Assembly: GCA_963668695.2 (NCBI GenBank)
Contig: CAXXLQ010000004.1
Coordinates: 3,296,001 to 3,360,000 of the forward strand
Direction: 5' to 3'
DNA: 64,000 nt
From: Vicinamibacteria bacterium
Lineage (GTDB): Bacteria > Acidobacteriota > Vicinamibacteria > Marinacidobacterales > Marinacidobacteraceae
Positions 61,254 through 64,000 of the stretch are shown here, in pieces. The position numbers and the translations under genes are program-made. A model generated the notes under the pieces. It saw nothing but the letters and a program-made list of their open reading frames with translations, made no database searches and was not told where the DNA came from. Each line of letters starts with the position of its first letter. Within the stretch, counting starts at the first letter, position 1.

Positions 61254-62108
61254 ATGGATCGGAGTGGGCGACGGGTCGCCGGCCTGTTGCTCCTGCCGGC
61301 CCTTCTCGTCGTGGTTCTGGTGGCCGCGGTGCCCATCGGGTTGCTGTTCCGGGTAGCGCTCTATCCGCCCGGCCCGGTAGCTCCACTGAGCGGCGGTCCG
61401 GTGCTGGATTCCTTCGCCGGATTGCTGAGTGCTCCGTATCCGTCCGTGGCGCTGCGCACGCTGCGCCTGTCAGTGTTGACCACCGTTCTGGTGACGCTCC
61501 TGGGTTTTCCCGTGGCCCTGTTCCTCTCCCGCTCGCGGGGGCTCTCCCGACGGGTTCAGACGCTGCTGATCGTCTCCCCGCTACTCATGTCGGTGGTCGT
61601 CCGGGCTTACGGATGGATGTTGATTCTCGGAAGGCAGGGATTCGTCGGTGAGACGCTCGCCGCGCTGTCACTCCCCCGCGCCGGTCTCCTCCACACGGAG
61701 GCCGCGGTTCTGCTCGCGCTGACCGAATCCTTCCTTCCGTTCATGATTCTGGCGCTGGCGGCGAGCCTCGATCGGATCGATTCGGACCTCCTGGCAGCGG
61801 CGCGGGGACTGGGGGCTTCTTCGGCGCGCACCTTCTTTGCCGTCGTGGTGCCCCTCACGCTACCCGGTTTCCTCGCCGGAGCGAGCTTCGTGATGGTCGG
61901 AAGCCTCTCCGCCTACGCCATACCCTCCTTGCTCGGCGGGTCGGCCGCCCGCACCTTCGTGATGGAGATCTACGAACTGGTCACCATCAACTTCGACTGG
62001 CCCACAGCGGCCGCCGCCTCCATCGCGCTGCTCCTGTTCGCCTCGACGCTTCTCGGCGGAGCGGCGCTCCTGAGTCGCCGTCGCTCGGCGCGCGCCTTCG
62101 GGACCTGA
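61254..62108 (+). CDS. ABC transporter permease (PotB-like)
   Basis: PLLMSVVVRAYGW, LLAAARGLGA (EAA loop), PSLLGG. Confidence 0.88.
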   Translation: MDRSGRRVAGLLLLPALLVVVLVAAVPIGLLFRVALYPPGPVAPLSGGPVLDSFAGLLSAPYPSVALRTLRLSVLTTVLVTLLGFPVALFLSRSRGLSRRVQTLLIVSPLLMSVVVRAYGWMLILGRQGFVGETLAALSLPRAGLLHTEAAVLLALTESFLPFMILALAASLDRIDSDLLAAARGLGASSARTFFAVVVPLTLPGFLAGASFVMVGSLSAYAIPSLLGGSAARTFVMEIYELVTINFDWPTAAAASIALLLFASTLLGGAALLSRRRSARAFGT

Positions 62109-62113
62109 CCCGA

Positions 62114-62312
62114 GCACCCTGTGGACAAAGTCGCGCAGCGTTCCCGAGCCAGAAGGGATGGGGGTCGGGTAGTTCCGCCCCCCGTCCCTTCCGCTCCGGG
62201 GTCTACGCGGTGCTTGCGCCCCGCTCGGAAAACAAGCGGCGATGCATCCCGGCTGGCCCCCACCGGGAGAACTGGCGCTTTCGGCGCTCACGCCACCTTG
62301 CTCACAGGCTGC
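62114..62312 (-). mobile_element. Family A short derivative with the same ~90-bp cargo (62141-62231)
   Basis: GCACCCTGTGGACAAAGT...CTCACAGGCTGC; cargo matches 17837-17927. Confidence 0.85.
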
Positions 62313-62320
62313 TGCCAAAA

Positions 62321-63169
62321 ATGCGTATAGCGCTCGGAGCGATCACAGCGGTCGCCTACGCGGTGTTGCTGCTCGCTCCGCTCGCGGTGATCGTCTATTC
62401 CGTGAGTCCGGGGGCGGCGCTCGAGATCCCGCCTTCCGGCGTCAGCCTGCGTTGGTACGCGGGCCTCACCGATCAACCGCGCCTCATTTCCGGGCTCGTC
62501 ACGAGCCTGGTGCTGGGAGCGATCTCCACGGGGGCGGCCCTGATCACCGGCATTCCGGCAGCCCTGGCCCTCACCCGGGGTTCGCTTCCGGGCCGGGAGG
62601 TCTTGCTCGCGGTTCTTCTCTCGCCCCTCAGCCTCCCCGGCCTGGTGCTCGGGCTCGGGGTGCTGACCAGCGCCGCGGTGCTCGCGAGCGCTACCGGGAT
62701 TCAGGCCGCGGGAACGCTGCTGCCGTTGGTCGCAGCCCACCTCCTCATCACCATCCCGTGGGTCGTCCGCAGCGTGGCCGCCTCCTTGGAGTCCACCGAC
62801 CCCGCGCTTGAGGATCAGGCGCGCAGCCTGGGAGCCGGTCCGTTCGCCACCCTCTTCCTCGTGACCCTGCCCAGCGCCCGGGCGGGTATCGTTGCCGGCG
62901 CGGTGTCCGCCTTCGTAATCTCCTTCGGCAACTTCGCGCTCTCCCTACTCCTGGCCAGCGGCCGGACCGTCACCCTCCCCGTAGCCATCTACGAGACCAT
63001 GGACCGCTATCAGGATCCGACGGTTGCCGCCGTCAGCACGCTCACCATCGCGGCCGCGGTCGGTGCGGCCCTCCTCACGGATCGGCTGTCGGGGCCGCTC
63101 AAGGCTCGGAACGTCTCCTCCCGGAACACCAGGGGAACGAGCCCGGGCGGGGTCGAACACGCTCGATGA
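62321..63169 (+). CDS. ABC transporter permease (PotC-like)
   Basis: SLRWY, LEDQARSLGA, AFVISF, TLPVAIY. Confidence 0.88.
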   Translation: MRIALGAITAVAYAVLLLAPLAVIVYSVSPGAALEIPPSGVSLRWYAGLTDQPRLISGLVTSLVLGAISTGAALITGIPAALALTRGSLPGREVLLAVLLSPLSLPGLVLGLGVLTSAAVLASATGIQAAGTLLPLVAAHLLITIPWVVRSVAASLESTDPALEDQARSLGAGPFATLFLVTLPSARAGIVAGAVSAFVISFGNFALSLLLASGRTVTLPVAIYETMDRYQDPTVAAVSTLTIAAAVGAALLTDRLSGPLKARNVSSRNTRGTSPGGVEHAR

Positions 63170-64000
63170 ACCGCGAAAGGCGACCGCGACGGGGTGTCAA
63201 GCACCTCCGCCTCGCTCTCATTCTGGCTGGCGGGCTGCCGATCGGCTGTGGCGGACGCGCGGCCGAGGACCTGGTCATCGCGGTCCCGCCCGGCCGCATC
63301 GCCGACCTCGAGGCGCATTTCGCGGGACCCTTCGAGGCCGCGACGGGCGCGAACATCATCCCGGTCGGGCTGCGTTCGGCCGAACAGGCAGCCCGGGTAC
63401 GGGTCGAACGCGGGAATCCGTCCCTTGACGTTCTCTGGATCGACGCCGGTGAGGCGGCGCTGCTCGCCCGCGAGGGACTCATCGAAACACCGTTCGGACC
63501 AGCGGGTTCCGCGGACAGCGGTTTGCGGATTCCCAATGTCGCGTGGGCGCACCCGGAGGCCTGGTTCACCGAGGGGGCGCTCCCCGCAACCTTCGCTTCG
63601 CCCATCGGATTTTTGTACAACACGGACGCGCTCGCCTCGCATCCCGCCTCCTGGGCGGCGCTCGAAGACCCTGCCCTCCGAGGCCGGCTCGCCCTGTTCG
63701 GCTTCGGGAGCACGCTTGGTCCACTCACCGTCGCCGCCCTGGCCCGTATCGAGACCGGGAACGAAACCGACGCGGATGCCGGCTTCGCCCGACTCACCCG
63801 GCTCCAGCCCAACGTCCTCCATTACGGAACCAGCGGACCGGCAAACAACCAGCTGGTGGCGCAGGGCGAGGCCTGGCTCACTCTCGGGCTTCCATCCCAG
63901 GCGCGACACCTCGCCCGCGAGGGCGCGCCGGTCGGATGGGCTGCCCCGGCCGAGGGCGCGATCGCCCTGCCGCAGGGGGTCCAGATTGTGGCCGGGAACC
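63166..64000 (+). CDS. ABC substrate-binding lipoprotein (PotD/SBP_bac-like), 3' partial
   Basis: ATGA overlap; lipobox IGC; GNPSLDVLW, YNTD, PASWAALEDP, PAEGA. Confidence 0.8.
   Translation, partial: MNRERRPRRGVKHLRLALILAGGLPIGCGGRAAEDLVIAVPPGRIADLEAHFAGPFEAATGANIIPVGLRSAEQAARVRVERGNPSLDVLWIDAGEAALLAREGLIETPFGPAGSADSGLRIPNVAWAHPEAWFTEGALPATFASPIGFLYNTDALASHPASWAALEDPALRGRLALFGFGSTLGPLTVAALARIETGNETDADAGFARLTRLQPNVLHYGTSGPANNQLVAQGEAWLTLGLPSQARHLAREGAPVGWAAPAEGAIALPQGVQIVAGN

Overview
High-GC bacterial DNA. The gene content (ADOP-type ABC permease, secreted VWA and TPR proteins, PQQ-like and LVIVD propellers, ankyrins) resembles Acidobacteriota, possibly host-associated; this is inference. 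About 45 CDS were called: a complete moxR-DUF58-batA-E operon, three TPR-like/VWA gene pairs, mcrBC, a vapBC-type toxin-antitoxin pair, an NYN nuclease, ppk1, fabB, several peptidases/hydrolases, a reductive-dehalogenase-like Fe-S protein and a Pot-type ABC importer running off the end. The non-coding DNA holds nested repeats. (A) A ~180-bp TA-targeting MITE-like family occurs at 15 loci (~4.6 kb, ~7% of the window); one end subtype carries DnaA-box sequences. (B) A REP-like family. (C) A ~225-bp tandem family. Most unusual is a fixed ~18-20-nt module (CCAGTTCTCCCGGTGGGG), about 38 copies by manual count, which is present or absent at five or more discrete slots of family A and also occurs inside family B. 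Also present: a 3' tRNA-Met fragment next to two divergent, catalytically empty IS3-derived HTH genes, many 10-15-bp tandem duplications and four +1 frameshifts. No CRISPR array or rRNA was seen. All counts and alignments were done by eye.
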